Under the pieces are notes generated by a model that worked only from the letters and a program-made list of their open reading frames with translations, did not search any database and was not told where the DNA came from. Shown piece by piece: positions 25,430 through 38,665 of a stretch of 64,000 bases of DNA. The first letter of the stretch is position 1. The number at the start of each line of letters is the position of its first letter. The position numbers and the translations under genes were made by a program. Source of the stretch: Lama guanicoe. Its lineage: Eukaryota. The DNA lies in NCBI GenBank assembly GCA_013239625.1, contig MU054391.1, positions 2,013,130-2,077,129 of the forward strand. Direction: 5' to 3'.

Positions 25430-26092
25430 TGGGAAAGACTCACTGCTGATAGCAGAGCTCTGTTGTCTCGTTTTCTGCCTCCTACCGCCCTTTGCTTTCC
25501 TCGGAATTAGCTAATTCTCTCACTTGTGTTGGATTTCAATTTTGCTCTGACATATTAAATTCCAAGAAATCTTTCTGATTCTACGAATGTTCCACTATTT
25601 ATGTTTTTTAATAGGTAAGTTTTCAGTAACAAAATGAAGTGTGCTCTCTTAACTCTTTGAAAAAAGAACTTTTTTCATTTTAAAGTTTGTTTTTTACTTT
25701 TTTTTGGAGCTTCCTCGAAGTTGTCTCAAAGCTTGTTTTTTTGTGTCTTGTTTTTTGTTCTTCTGTTGCTTCTTCTTAATCTTTTTTTAATGCTTTAAAT
25801 TTTTTCTTTTTGTGTTTCTGTCACGCCAGAGGCTTTTCTCAGTACTTGGTGATCCTTCGTTGTCTAGTTCCATTCAAGAGTAAGACTCTGAAAAGCTGTT
25901 TAGAAGCTTTCTATACATGGATGAGAATTTTTTCAACGGATGAGCTTTGTTGTTGGTTAGTTAGATGGGCGCCCAGCCATTTTATGGGGAGATTGCTAAA
26001 TGTAGTTATTTTCTGAATCCTTTCAGTTTCTGCGGAGAACAGTCCCTTCCAGTCCTGCCTCCAGGGCGCGCTGCCTGGTTTCCAGCTTTCCT
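25430..26092 (-). mobile_element. HAL1 / old L1-related element, left part
   Basis: 'ggcttttctcagtacttggtgatccttcgttgtctagttccattcaagagtaagactctgaaaagctgtttagaagct' resembles the HAL1 consensus in antisense. Confidence 0.6.
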
Positions 26093-26963
26093 CTTCTTTG
26101 TTACTGAAGTTGAGTCAGTTACAGCGTGTCAGTTCCTGGTGCACAGCGTCATGTTTCAGTCACACACACACACACACACACAGATACTCCTTTTCATGTT
26201 CTTTTTCATTACAGGTGACTACAAGATATTGAATATAGTTCCCTGTGCTTTACAGTAGAAATTTGCTGTTTATCTACTTTATATATATTAATTAGTATCT
26301 GCAAATCTTTAACTCCCAATTTATCTCTTTCCCTCCTGGTAACCGTAAGTTTGTTTTCTATGTCTGTGAGTCTGTTTCTGTTTTGTAAATAAGTTCATTT
26401 GTCTTTTATGTTTTTGTGTTTTTTAAAGATTCCACATATGAGTGATATATGGATTTTTCTTTCTCTTTCTGGTTTACTTCACTTAGTATGACAATCTCCA
26501 GGTCCATTCATGTTGCTGAAAATGGCATTATTTTATTCTTTTTATAGTTGAATAGTATTCCATTGTATAAATATACCACAACCTCTTTATCCAGTTACCT
26601 GCTGATGGACATAATAGGTTGCTTCAATGTCTTGGCTGTTGTAAATAGTGCTGCTGTGAACATTGGGGTGCAGGTGTCTTATTGAATTAAAATTCCAACT
26701 GGATGTATGGCCAGAAATGGAATTGTTGGATCATATGGTAAGTCTATTTTTAGTTTTTTAAAGGAATCTCTGTACTGTTTTCCATTACGGCTGCATCATA
26801 CTGCATCCCACCAGCAGTGTAGGAGGGTTCCCTTTTCTCCACAGCCTCTCCAGCATTTGTTGTTTGTAGACTTTTGAATGATGGCCACTCTGACTGGTGT
26901 GAGGTGACACCTCACTGTGGTTTTGACTTGCATTTCTCTGATAACTAGCGACCGTGAGCATTA
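26093..26963 (-). mobile_element. 5'-truncated lineage-specific L1 (ORF2 C-terminus plus 3' UTR), including (CA)n at ~26160-26182
   Basis: Canonical antisense L1 sequence ('gtaaatagtgctgctgtgaacattggggtgcagg', 'cccaccagcagtgtaggagggttcccttttctccacag'). Imperfect TSD ggtttccagctttcct / ggttgccagtttcct. Confidence 0.92.
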
Positions 26964-27230
26964 GGTTGCCAGTTTCCTTAGAGCCACAGAGCACATGGCA
27001 CAGACCTCTTCATCTCCTAGGACGTGTTCTTCACTCAGTCCCTCGTTTTGGGAAATGTGCCCCTCTTGTCTTCCACCCTCGCCCTCCCCCTTCCCCCACC
27101 CCAGCTGCTCAAGATCTGGAGTGTATTTCATTCAAAAAGCATGATGAAAATCAGGACTCTTTAAGTCTCTCTGCCCTTGTTTCCAGTTTTTGTCCTTTCT
27201 GTGCGTAAGACGCATTCTTAGCTGGCTACT
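26964..27230 (-). mobile_element. HAL1 / old L1-related element, probable continuation after the nested L1
   Basis: Pyrimidine-rich old L1-like 5' sequence resumes after the right TSD copy. Confidence 0.4.
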
Positions 27231-28289
27231 TAGTCCAAGAATCCAGACAGTAATTGAAAATATCATTTAAATTCAAATGATTCAGTTTCGTTTCTGTAAA
27301 CACCTTTCAGTAACCCTTCAAGCCAGGCTTTTGAAAGACACTGGGAAGGTCTGAGCGTGTCTGAACTCAGGCAGCAGTTTGTGTTCTATTCCAGTTTCTC
27401 TCTTGCCACTTGTTCTGTAAGATTTAAAGGCCCTCTTGATGGTGGGACACAGCACACAGACACCAGGTGGATGAAATGCAGGCCTCTGTTACTTGCGGCT
27501 CTGAATGCAAGGATTTGCAGCCGGAGCTGCTGGGGGCAGTTTAGGTGGGATGAGGCAGGCCCCAGGGCTCCCGCGGGCAGGCTAGTTTGGGTGGGTGTGC
27601 AGGCTTGGGGCATGGGGGCTGGCCCTCATTGCCTGGGCGCTGGCCCTGGGGTGACGAGGCGGGGCGCATGGAAGCTGGCAGTGGGTCAGTCCTGTAAGGG
27701 AAGTGGTTGGGCCGTGGACTTGACTGCTTAAGAAGTTCTCTGGCCAGGGTCTCAAAACTGGGTCAAGACAGCATTTGAAACAAGCCAAAAAACAAACCAA
27801 AAATCCTTCATTAAACTACCCCACTCCTGTCTGTCTCCTTCCAGATTGGAAATAGTTCTATGCAGCTGTAGGACTGGTCTGTTCCTAACTACTAGTCTTA
27901 ATTCTCTTCCCTTGGGAGTGAAGCCTCAGGAGGGAGCCATCCCGGCTCTGGTTACACAAACGCGTACAACACGGAAATCGGAAGAGCTACTTCCATCGTG
28001 CGGAAGCCCTTGTCCCAGAACAGAGCTGGAGCGCCTGTTGGCTTTGTGCCCTTACACCTGCTCGCCATGGGTTAGACTTGCCCCGCAAAACCCCCGAGCA
28101 GACACAAGAGGCTAAACAGAGCTCTCCTCTGTTGATCGGCGTGGACACGGCAGGAGAGGAAGAAGTGGGGGCCGGCCCAGGACCCCGGGACGCTGAGGAC
28201 GATATATTCAGAGAGCCCTGGCCCTTCAGCCCTTCACCCCGGCAGGAATTCCCTGCTCTCCTTTACATCCCACGTGACCCTGCTCATTT

Positions 28290-28470
28290 TCCCCACGACG
28301 CTCCGGTAATTCACTATGTTTTCCTGATTTTATGTTTGTCTTGGTTTATTGTCCCAATTTTGGGAACAGGAACTATATTTCATTTTCCATGTCATCTGGG
28401 CATGGTACTCAGCCTACAATAAAAGTAATTATTTGTTGAATTCATTAACAGTAACTATTTGTTGAATTAA
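28290..28470 (+). mobile_element. L2 3' end
   Basis: Ends in 'tatttgttgaat', present twice, which is the characteristic L2 terminus. Confidence 0.5.
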
Positions 28471-31400
28471 TATGATGATCAGTTGAGAACCAGAGGTTGT
28501 AAAATGTAACTCCTCATCACAAAGGTCATCTTCCTTTGCTCTGTATTATTAGCTTATTAGCTTTGCCTGGTAAAGTGCATCTTTGTCCCTGAAGTCTTTC
28601 TTTTTCCCCTGAAGTTACATTTGAGAGTAGGGTTGAATTGGAAATACAAATGTTTCTAATAATACTCTTCCTCACGGTTGGGATTTGTGTGGTCTCAATA
28701 AATAATGCTCCTCTTTCCTCCTATATTGTGGGATGAGTTTAAAGACAATTAAAAAGCCAGGTAGCCGGAGGCCGGCTATCAGCTGCCTGCCTGGGGAGGG
28801 GTCTGGGTTGGAGGGGTCTGGATTGGAGGATGTCCATGTTAGGGGTGGTCACATTGGCTTTGCAGGACGCCATGCCAGCATTGGAGTGTTGTCTGCACAG
28901 GTACCAGAAGGAGCCCAGCAAAACGTGGTGTCCCTCAGAGACCTGCCGGAGGGTCGGCGCTGTCTCAGGTGGGGCGTCTCACTGACTCACCAGGCAGGTC
29001 ATTTACTGTCCTCTATCTTCAAACCCATTCACTTCTTCAGTGCTAAAAATAACCACACATTCCCTTAGACACTTTAAGTCGGTGTCCAAAATTTTTCAGC
29101 ATGATTTAAAACAGCTACACAACGTGTAATTTCTGGCATTTTGAAATTAGTGACATTGTCATAACAAAACTGATACAAAACTGAAATGCACGGGGTGGAC
29201 TCTCAGTGTAGTGACCGTGTAGTAAGCTTACCTTAATCCATTTAAAAACACATGATCAATTATGTGTTTAAGGGTTAAATGTTAGGCATGTGCACACATG
29301 TGTACGTATTCTCACATGTGTGCATATGTGTACCCACAAATTTGCTTTAACTTCGGGGGATTTTTAAATCATTTTTCCCTTGACTTAACATTCTGATTGC
29401 CTTCTACAGAATTTCACACTAAGTTGTGTGTATGCTTGAAAATGATCAATTACCACGTGCTCCTACGTACAGAAATGTAAAGACACTGTTTCCTATCACG
29501 ATAAGTAATAATATTTGTCTTTGGGCCTAAGCTGTCATTACTTTATCATTAATACACAGTTGATCAAAATATAAATACATTAGAACTTTGATAAGTAGAT
29601 AACAAAATATAAAAAATTTTTATTGGAAAACCATCTTGATGGAACTTTTGGTCAATTCTTTTTGTCCATCCATGGAATAAAATTACTTCCTGTTACAATT
29701 AGTCATGGTTCACATAAATTCTGTTCAACATTGTTTCATGTTTTGACTTTCGTAGGTGCGGGACCCAGGATTCACTGTGCTCACAGACAAGCGGATGGAG
29801 AGGTGAGGCGCCTGTAACACTCAGGATGCTCTTTCCTCTGGACGTTTTGAAATCACACAACACACTGTGTTACCGTTAGGATTCACTCTTCATGATGTAA
29901 ATTGGCTGACATTTGCATTTGATTCGCTATTAATTTTTTTTTGAAAACAAAGAATGAAAACTGGCTGTGGCTCAGTGAAAAGATCTATCATTCCTTCATA
30001 AAAGTTCTTACTTTTCCAAAGTCTGAAAGGGAAACCAAAAAGATTTCTCTCCAAAGATTAATCAAACAACTATTTTTTGTTATTATTATAGTCAAAGTCA
30101 CCTTATTTAATCCAAAATTTTAGGAAAGAGTTGCAAGTATCAAAATACTGGCCTGGTGGGTTGTTGGGGTGATGGACTCAGTGTTTGCCCTTCTCCTGTG
30201 GCCGTGCCCCGGGGCAGCCACCTCCTGGGTGCTGACTGCGAGCTGGACAAGTGACGTGCTCTGGCCAAGTGGACGGCAGTCGCTGTGACACAGGAGAGGC
30301 CCGGAATGCGCTCCGCCTGGGGCCTGCTCTCGCAGGAGCTCTAGGATCGCCACCTTTCCTGTGACGGACGCTTAGACCAGCCTGCTGGGTGGTGAAGGGC
30401 ACGGCCCGTCGTGCCTGGCGTCCTGACAACCAGAGAGGCGGGCGTCCCTCAGAGCCCAGCCGGCACCAGCCTGCGGGACTGGGCTGCATCTGCAGCGCAG
30501 GGAGGACCAGCCTGGCCCGGCTCAGGTCAGCAGAGCCATCCCGCGGCCAGTGGACGTGCGAGCACTGATACACGGATGCTGGGTTAAGCCACTGAAATGC
30601 GGGTTGGTTTGTCACATAAAACCACCTGTAACTGATAAACGTGTTAATTTCAGCCCATTTTTGCGGATACAGTGTCTTTTCATAACACGTTACGTGCTGT
30701 TCACGTCAGGTTCTCTGTCTTCTGTGGAATCTTTCAGTCAAGTTTGTTTTCATAACAATCAGCAAAACGAGTTGTATCTTCTGTAACCGAAGTTCAATTC
30801 TCATTTTTCAAGTAAAGAAAATGTCCTGGAGCACATTGCCAAATGCAACTTGTTAGAAAAATTACAAAAGAAGCCAATATTTAAAATGTCTAGATTTGAT
30901 ATGCCTGATTTATGTTTTAGATAAATTCTAAAAGCAAGAATAAATTTGTATGCAGTTATTCTTTGCTTAATTTTTAATTGTGAAATATACCCTGTAGCTA
31001 CAATTTTAATTAATTGGGAAGATCAGTGCATTATATGCTTTGCTCAGTGTGTATACGTGTGTGACAATGATGTTGAGATTTTAGATATTGTTAAATGAGT
31101 TTAAATTTTTCAAATTTGTAAATAAGTCTACAGATGTCATGAACGTCATGATAAAACATTTCTTATGTTTTAATGTAAAAGAAAGATGAAAAACACTAAA
31201 AGCTTAATTGGGCCCACCACTTAGCATGTGATTTTGCTTCTTAACAGGAGGTAGAAAATATTAAATATTTTATGAAATGAAATAAGATGAGGACTGACTG
31301 TATTGGAACGAATGTTTCATGGTATAATCTGTAAAATAGATTTTAACTACTTTCTTTGAAGAGATATATTTATTTGAAAGAAAGCATGTATTTATCACTG

Positions 31401-31816
31401 GGATTTTTTACGTGTAATTTGAAAAGAAAAATTAAAGGAAAAGAAAGCCCTGGATAGATTTTCAGGTACATTTAGAAGAATGAGCATTGTGAACTGATTG
31501 GCTGTTTGAAGGTAGTTTCTTTCCCCTAAGGATGAGTATTGAGAAAAGCTGGAAAAATTGTTTTACATTAAAGTACAGAAAAAAATCCATTTAAATAAGA
31601 TTGAATTTGTATAAAACTTCCCAATAAAATAATCTCAAAAGTTTAAGTGGGAAACCTGAGCATATTTCCAGGAACATAATGTATCATATTCAATTTTATG
31701 CTTGAAATTCCTCATACCAAGACTTTTAAGTTGATCTCTTCAAACTTTGGCAATCGCATCCTTGTGAAGGTTTACTCTTGTAGGATGGTAAAAAAAAGCT
31801 TAAAAATAAAGTTTGC

Positions 31817-31997
31817 AAAAATTCAAAATCAGCTATAAGGGCACATTGTGCAGGATATGTAGCCAATATCATAACAATAAATGGAGTATGACCTTAAAAA
31901 ATTGTGAATCACTATATTGTACACCTGTAAGTTACACAATTTTGTACATCAACTATACTTCAATTTTAAAAAAGCCTAAGGAGGAAAAAAATTCAAA
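31817..31997 (+). mobile_element. Short L1 3' tail with A-tract and ~11-bp TSD
   Basis: 'gtgaatcactatattgtacacctgtaag...tacatcaactatacttcaattttaaaaaa'. AAAAATTCAAA occurs at 31817-31827 and 31987-31997. Confidence 0.8.
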
Positions 31998-32678
31998 TGT
32001 TAAAATTGCTCTATTTATTGACAAATGTAATGGTGAATTTTCTTAGTCACGTCACAAATGGACTTTCCAAATCAAACTGTTTTATGTCTCCTGGTTTAGT
32101 CTCATTCTCTAGAAAGAGAGTTAAATAGGTAAAATTGTTATAATACCGTAAGCTAGCAAAATTGGGTATTTGGAAAAAAGCATTTATTACAGGTTCTAAA
32201 TGTCAATTTTGACCCCATAGTGAACTGCTTTGAACCTGCTGAGAAGTAGGCACAAGGTGCTCGTCCGCACACCTGCAGGTCCTGGTTATTACCTGCACTG
32301 CTTTCCTTCAGAGGCGTCTGTCAAAGCTCAAGCTTTGATCCTGGAAATCTATCGAGTGCAAGCGGTGTCTTCATCCCTTCTTCATTATCATTCACCCTAT
32401 TCTGAGAGCCACCACGGAGGGAAAGTCTCTTCCCCTCAAACGAGAGGTTCGCTCCCAGCAGCACAGCCTTATCCGTACCCATGACCTAAATCCTGCTTCT
32501 GCTGCTGGCTCAGCGTCCGAGCTTCACCTGTCACCTCCGCCTCTTTGTGTGTCTTCACTCAACACGTCATTAATCATAGAGAAGTCCCGCAGGACGGAGA
32601 GTATTATTTTTATTTACAAATAAAGATGAGAGTTTTTGTTAGATGTCATAGGGAGACTGTGAGAATTAACTAAGAAAA

Positions 32679-32711
32679 CGTGCGTGTGTGTGAGTGTGTG
32701 TGTGTGTGTGT
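32679..32711. repeat. Imperfect (GT)n microsatellite
   Basis: cgtgcgtgtgtgtgagtgtgtgtgtgtgtgtgt. Confidence 0.9.
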
Positions 32712-34889
32712 CTACCAGGGCCTGAACACGCCGGCGCACTTGCCTCTTTCTGATGTAAGTGTGATGTGGTCCTTCCCCCAGAGGAACACGATGTCCTTGA
32801 TGATTTTCAGCTATTTTTTCCCTACACTGATTATCTTCCAATTTCACCTGATGCATGAGAAAATTTGAACACACGTTTTCCACTCAAATAAAACTTTCAA
32901 CTCTCAAAAAACTATTATTTTTATAGTGGAGTTACGTCGAGCAGTATGTGTCTCAGGGTTGGGGAGGTTGTGAGGGGTGTGTGTGTGTTTAAGAAACAAG
33001 ACAACCTCTAGACCTAATTTCAGGGTTGTTAAATTTTTTTTCTGTTTTCAGATCTGACATTTAAAATACGGGAAGCACATGCGCACCTGGGTCCCAGCGA
33101 TCCCCACCCGGCTGTGAACACAGGCAGAGTTGATTCTAGTCTCCTTTTCTTCAGCGAGGAGCCCCTGGGAGAGGTGAGCACCCGAGTCCAGGGTCCATCC
33201 CTGTGCTGGGGTGCAGAGTCTGCCGGGTCTCAGGAGGCGCTCCCGCCCTACACAAAGCAGGGACCCCAGGTAAGGGAGCTAAGGAGCATGTGGCAGGAGT
33301 GAGATCAAAGGTTTGCTAAAATAGTGATTCCTGTAATTTGTGTGAGTGGGACCAACAATCAGGCAGCCCTACTTTAGAACGTATGACGTAGCGGTTAAAT
33401 CAGCTACTCCTTTTAATTGAGGATGGGCTAGCTGTAATTCAAGAATGGACTCCCGTAAGTCATTTCTGCTCTGTGCAGGGAAGGAACTCCAGACACGAGA
33501 GATGCTAGGAAAACCATGGCTAAGCCAGACCTTCCACCACGTGTCATCTTGGCAAAGAAAATCAACCAGCAATAATGCTCACAGTGACACTGGCTTCTAA
33601 TTCCTGCAGGTCTTTGATGATCTGCTTCATGATGCATTATTAATAGCATTAAAAAAATTTAGAATGATTACTGGTTATCTGAGATCAGCTTTAAATCCAG
33701 CTGAGATATATCATAAAATAACTTTAGGGGAACTATATTTAATAAGCTGTTTTCCGTAACATTGGCCAGCTTTTGTGCCACAAATAAAGCTGGGGAGTGG
33801 GAGGGGCGGTGGGGATTTGTGGTGGGCGGGAGGCATCGCCCCTCTGCACACAAAACTCCTATCTGGACACGGCTCAGTCCACCTTCCAGAGTGGGAGGCA
33901 AAGTCAACTGTGTCCCCTCCCCGAGCTCCTTCTGTGTGCCCAGCCTTGCTCCCCACACCCCCGTGCCCACCCAGACCCTGCCCAAGGTCCCCTCACCCAG
34001 ATGCACCCTGGGTGACTCCACCTGGATTGCTGGTCCCACTGTCGCTTGTGAGTTTTTGCCTTAAAATTACGTAAGAAATGGTGACACCCGACTCGACCAC
34101 ATCTGGGCGGGGACTCTGATGAGCTGAGCTGGGCGGGACTTCCTGCTTCTTTGCACCAAATCTCATCTGTGCTCTGGTTTCTCCTCTCTTCTGTCGTCCT
34201 AAGAATATAGGCAATCTTCAGCGCCTCCCTTCCTATTCTGTGTGTACCTCCCCCTCTACCTTCTCCAGCTTGGCTTTGCCTCTCGATTTCCTTCTTAATG
34301 TCTTTGTTTCCATTAGGTTTCCCTTCCTTGTAAAATGAATTCTCCATCTGAGTTTCCTGTTGCTCAGTCACATGTGTCAAGTCCCACGACACGGCACGGA
34401 CTCCCCACCATCTATTTTAATTGGCCTGTTTACCTGTAAGTGTGTCTGTAGCTCTTTTAGGAGAAAACAACGTGCATCTTTTAATCTTAAACCTAGAGAT
34501 TCTTGACATAAACTAAATCCTTGTTGGATGAATGCCAGGTCGTACATGTTAATTTCTGTTTTCTTTTTTATCTCAAACCTTAAGAAGGATGGTCTAATAA
34601 AAATATTTTCTTGAAAACTTGCAAAAACATTATGTAATAATTATAAAAATATTAAATAGGTTAAGTGGATGGAACGCCCTGTTAATTTATTCAGCCTAGA
34701 TTTTGAAATTCCTTCCTGAATGACTCTGAACTACTCCCCCTTTTTCGTGTCATTTGTTACATTATCTTCACTTTTAACTTTTCCGGTATAAATAACACCA
34801 TTTATTAGTGTAGTGATTTACTGTTTCTTTACAGTCTGCAAGTCATTTCCGGTTGTCTGTCAATCCTGTCCGTCTTACGTAGGAAGCTT

Positions 34890-35140
34890 CTAGAACAGTG
34901 TTGCCTGCTCCTCTTTCTGCGACGGGGGACACCCTGCACCTTGCCATCCAGCCTGTGATGGGGGACACCCTGCACCTTGCCGTCCAGCCCAGTGGCCACT
35001 GAGCACGTGGTTACAGAGCACCAAAGTGTGGCTGGTGTGACCGAAGAACCACATTTTAATTCTTATTTAATTGTAATTAAAATATAAACTCAAATAGCTA
35101 CCCACAGCTGGAGTTTGTCTCAATGGGGGCACGATTCTAA
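34890..35140. mobile_element. MER3-like hAT-Charlie DNA transposon with an internal 36-bp tandem duplication
   Basis: 'gtggccactgagcacgtggtt...gtgtggctggtgtgaccgaagaaccacattttaattcttatttaattgtaattaaa...aaatagc' matches the MER3 layout. Confidence 0.75.
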
Positions 35141-38100
35141 GAGGCAGTCACTCCCATCACTCAGGTTGGTGCAAAGTGTTGGCTGTGGCACAGTGACTAC
35201 ACGTTATGTTTCCCTCACAAGTGCCTTTGTTTACCCTCCAAAAACTAGCTCTTTGTATAGAAATGGCTTTATTTGATTTTTTTGATTCATGCTAAGTTCA
35301 TTTATTTTCAATTTCTGACAGTTTCTCAGGCATCCTTGTATCTTAAAGACAAGGTAAATGATAGTAAAAAATCCATAGAATAAAGACAAAATAGTTTTAT
35401 TTAAATTTATTTAAATTAGATGGAAAATGAACTAGTTAGCCTGTTATAATTATTTCATTCTAAATTATGATTTGATGTTTTTATCTGTAATTTTTTTCTG
35501 TTTATTACCAAGAAAAGAGTCATCAAAAGGAGTTTTTAAATTGGTTCCAGAGTTACCAAGGTTTTTAGTTTTTTAGTTCTCTCTCTAGCCCTCTGGCCAA
35601 TTTTTTTTTTTTAAGCTAAAATGAGAACTTGATTTTTCCTGACCTGACTTCGCTCCCGGCGATCATGTGTACGGGCCAGAACAAGCGTGGAGGGAGGCGC
35701 CGTGTAATGCGAGGCTGTGTCTTTGTGGACTGTCTGTTACAAAAGTGGGAATAAATTGCACGGGGGCGACATGCTTTTATTATCACGTTAAAAACCCAAA
35801 TGGATGATGCTAGTTTGATATGCAGTCAAGGATCACTCTCTGTCTCATTTTTAACACAGACATTTTGCTTTTAATAATGTGTTAATGGGAGGAAACATGA
35901 ATGCCATTTGTGTAATTCTTTGTTCTGGCTGAGGAATAACTGATATTATCTAATGAATATGCAAATAACTCAAGGCTCCTTATTAATTGTGTCTAACCAT
36001 CTGTTCCTGTAAAGAGCACTTGAATATTTGCCACATTCACACTACATAGATGTGTGCGGAGAACTGGTAAAGAAACTTGGAGCAGTTAATCCACATATTT
36101 TAACGAAGCTGTGGTTTTATTACCACCAATAAATGAGACAGTTTCCCTAAACTGAAATTAATTGTTCAGATGAGGTTACCTGGGGCTGCTATTTCCTCAG
36201 GAAAGTGCTAACGAGAAAACAGAGCTTCAAATGACCTAACCCACGAGTTTTGGGATCCCGAGGTTTTGACTAGAACCCAGTTTACGAACCGCCCAGTTCA
36301 GGTCTGAGGTAGACCTGGGCTGCTCACGGCTCCGTGTGATTAACGTAACACACTTGCATTTCATCAGGAAGCTTACAACGCAGGTTATTTTCTGCTGATT
36401 TCTCACAAAAGGTGGGCAGTAGCTTTGATTTTTTTTTTTACGGGGAATGAGATGAAACAGAAGCCAAATGCTGGCTGAAGCCCACTTCCTTCCTGCAGTT
36501 TCAAAGGATAAAAGTGAGCTGTACGTAAGTTTACTTCTACTTCTGCCCCACTGCTTCTTGAACTGCAAGTCCTTCTCTCTGTTAGGGACGGTGGCTTTTC
36601 CCCAGTGATGCCGCAGGGTCCGAGCTGCCTGCGTGGCGCCGTGACTCAGGCAGCCTTGCCCTCTCGGCCACGGGGAGCGACAAGCAAGCTGCGTTTCACT
36701 TCACGTCCCGCAGTTTCTGTCTTTCTAGATCACAGTTCTTCGGAAATCCAATGTGGTCTCACTGTGTACACGTGCCTGGTGTTTGCTCATGCTTACGTTA
36801 TGAATAGTGAGCGTGTTCCTACCTCAAGGAAAACTTCTTTACGTAAGTGAACAAAACACTGGACTTGCGATTTGTGTTAGAAAACGACATAAAGTTTATG
36901 AGTTTGATGGTTCCTTCTCTGCTGAATGCACACTCTAGGTTCAAGACCAAACTCATAACTTAAGATGTGAAAGTAAGGTGTTTCCTTAATACCTAACTGA
37001 AGACTTTTTCTTTTGGATGTTCCTTTAGGAAAATGTAATAAAATCATAAAATTAAGATGAGAGATTCATTACAACACAAACTAATCTCGTAATAATTGGA
37101 AAGATAATGCACAGCCCCACTCCCACACAGCTGGCTCATAATTACCACGTTTGTTTGTTTTTTTTTTTACTATGCAAACTCAGTACAGGTAAGTAAATAA
37201 TAGCCCTGTGTAGCTCCCCAAACTGTGATATCAAAATTTTAGGTGTTATAAATTCCTTGCTGGCAGAATCAAAATATGATGTATGTGGATACAGAGCCAT
37301 CCTACAGTTTGGTGAAGGAGCCAGTGCAAAGTTAGCACAATGTCTGTGAAAAATTACTGTTTTCATACATGGAAGGTGGTATTTTTTGAATCACTGCAAA
37401 TGCGTATTAAACGGTTGTCCTAATGCTGAAGTGCCCACTTTAACATCTATGTTATAAACGTGCTTTCTCTGCAAAAAATCTGACACAGTCACTACTGATG
37501 ATTCTACTCACTCCATTTTCCCAGCTTGGCCGAAACGTAAGTGACAGCTAACTTACTTCCTCCACGCAGCGTCTTGGGTCCGGGAGGAATAGGCAAATGG
37601 CCTCAAATAAGATCTGCTTTCCCCCTTCTCTACTGCTATGCTGGGCATAAAAGTAAAAATTTCGTCTGATGCCTAGGACCCCTAAACGCTCTGGAAATGT
37701 GTAAGATTGCTTCCTTTAGAATAGACTTTGTTGGTCAAACTTTTGAGATGGTAGCCACGGCAGCACTGCCCCTTCTCTCATTTTCCCAGAAGTATCGGAG
37801 TCGGGCGGTAGACGATGGCCATGTTTATGCTTTGTGGTCCCACAGCTTCATTTATATTCCGTTTTTGCTAGACTCTGGAAGTTTCCGTATTGTTTGGTTA
37901 GTTAATACACAGGCAGATTCAGAGCGTCATTATTTTCTTGTTAATGGCTCCCATTGCACCAACCCTTTTGTCTTCTCCATTATATTATGAAATTGCTTCT
38001 GAAGAAAGTCGTTTTCCATATTCACTGTATTTTCCACTATCGAATTTCCCCAAACAGTGTTATTAACGTCGGCCATCGCACCTCCCCAAGCCCCTGACGT

Positions 38101-38429
38101 GCTCGGTCTTCTCACCAACCCCACAGTCTCTGTCAGGAACTTGCCGCCTCTCGTCCCGGTGAGGACATCTCGGATTCGGGTGCTTTCCTGCCACGTCTCT
38201 GTGCCGTGTTCTCTGCTCTCTTCGTCTCTCCTAAACAGGACAAACCCTTTTTGCCATCAATTCATACTACTCTGATGCAATTTTGTCTTTAAAAATGTCC
38301 CCAAAATTCCCCTCATAAATAGACTTCGTCAGCCTGGCATTTGGTGTCTTTCGGTCTATGACTCCCACCTTCCCAAGAAAAGAGGAGGCTGGAGGTTAGA
38401 CTCCCTGGGGCCCTTCACACACGCAGTCA

Positions 38430-38665
38430 CTGTGCCCGTGCGTATGTTCCCTTCCCTTGCATGCGATCCCACTCCCTCCCTGTGGTTTGAGGTAATAGTA
38501 AAATGTTCATCTGTCATACATTTCAAAGCTCTTCTATTTGACTTGTATTTGAGTAGTTTACTTCCCTTCTGTGCTTGTGAGTCTCTGAAAGCCAGGAACG
38601 ATAGCTCTTTTACACGTATTCTAGCACAAAATAGGAGCTAGGAAAACTTCGAAAAATTGAATTAG
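38430..38665 (+). mobile_element. L2 3' fragment
   Basis: 'tgtgagtctctgaaagccaggaac...tctagcacaaaatagg' resembles the L2 3' end. Confidence 0.5.
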
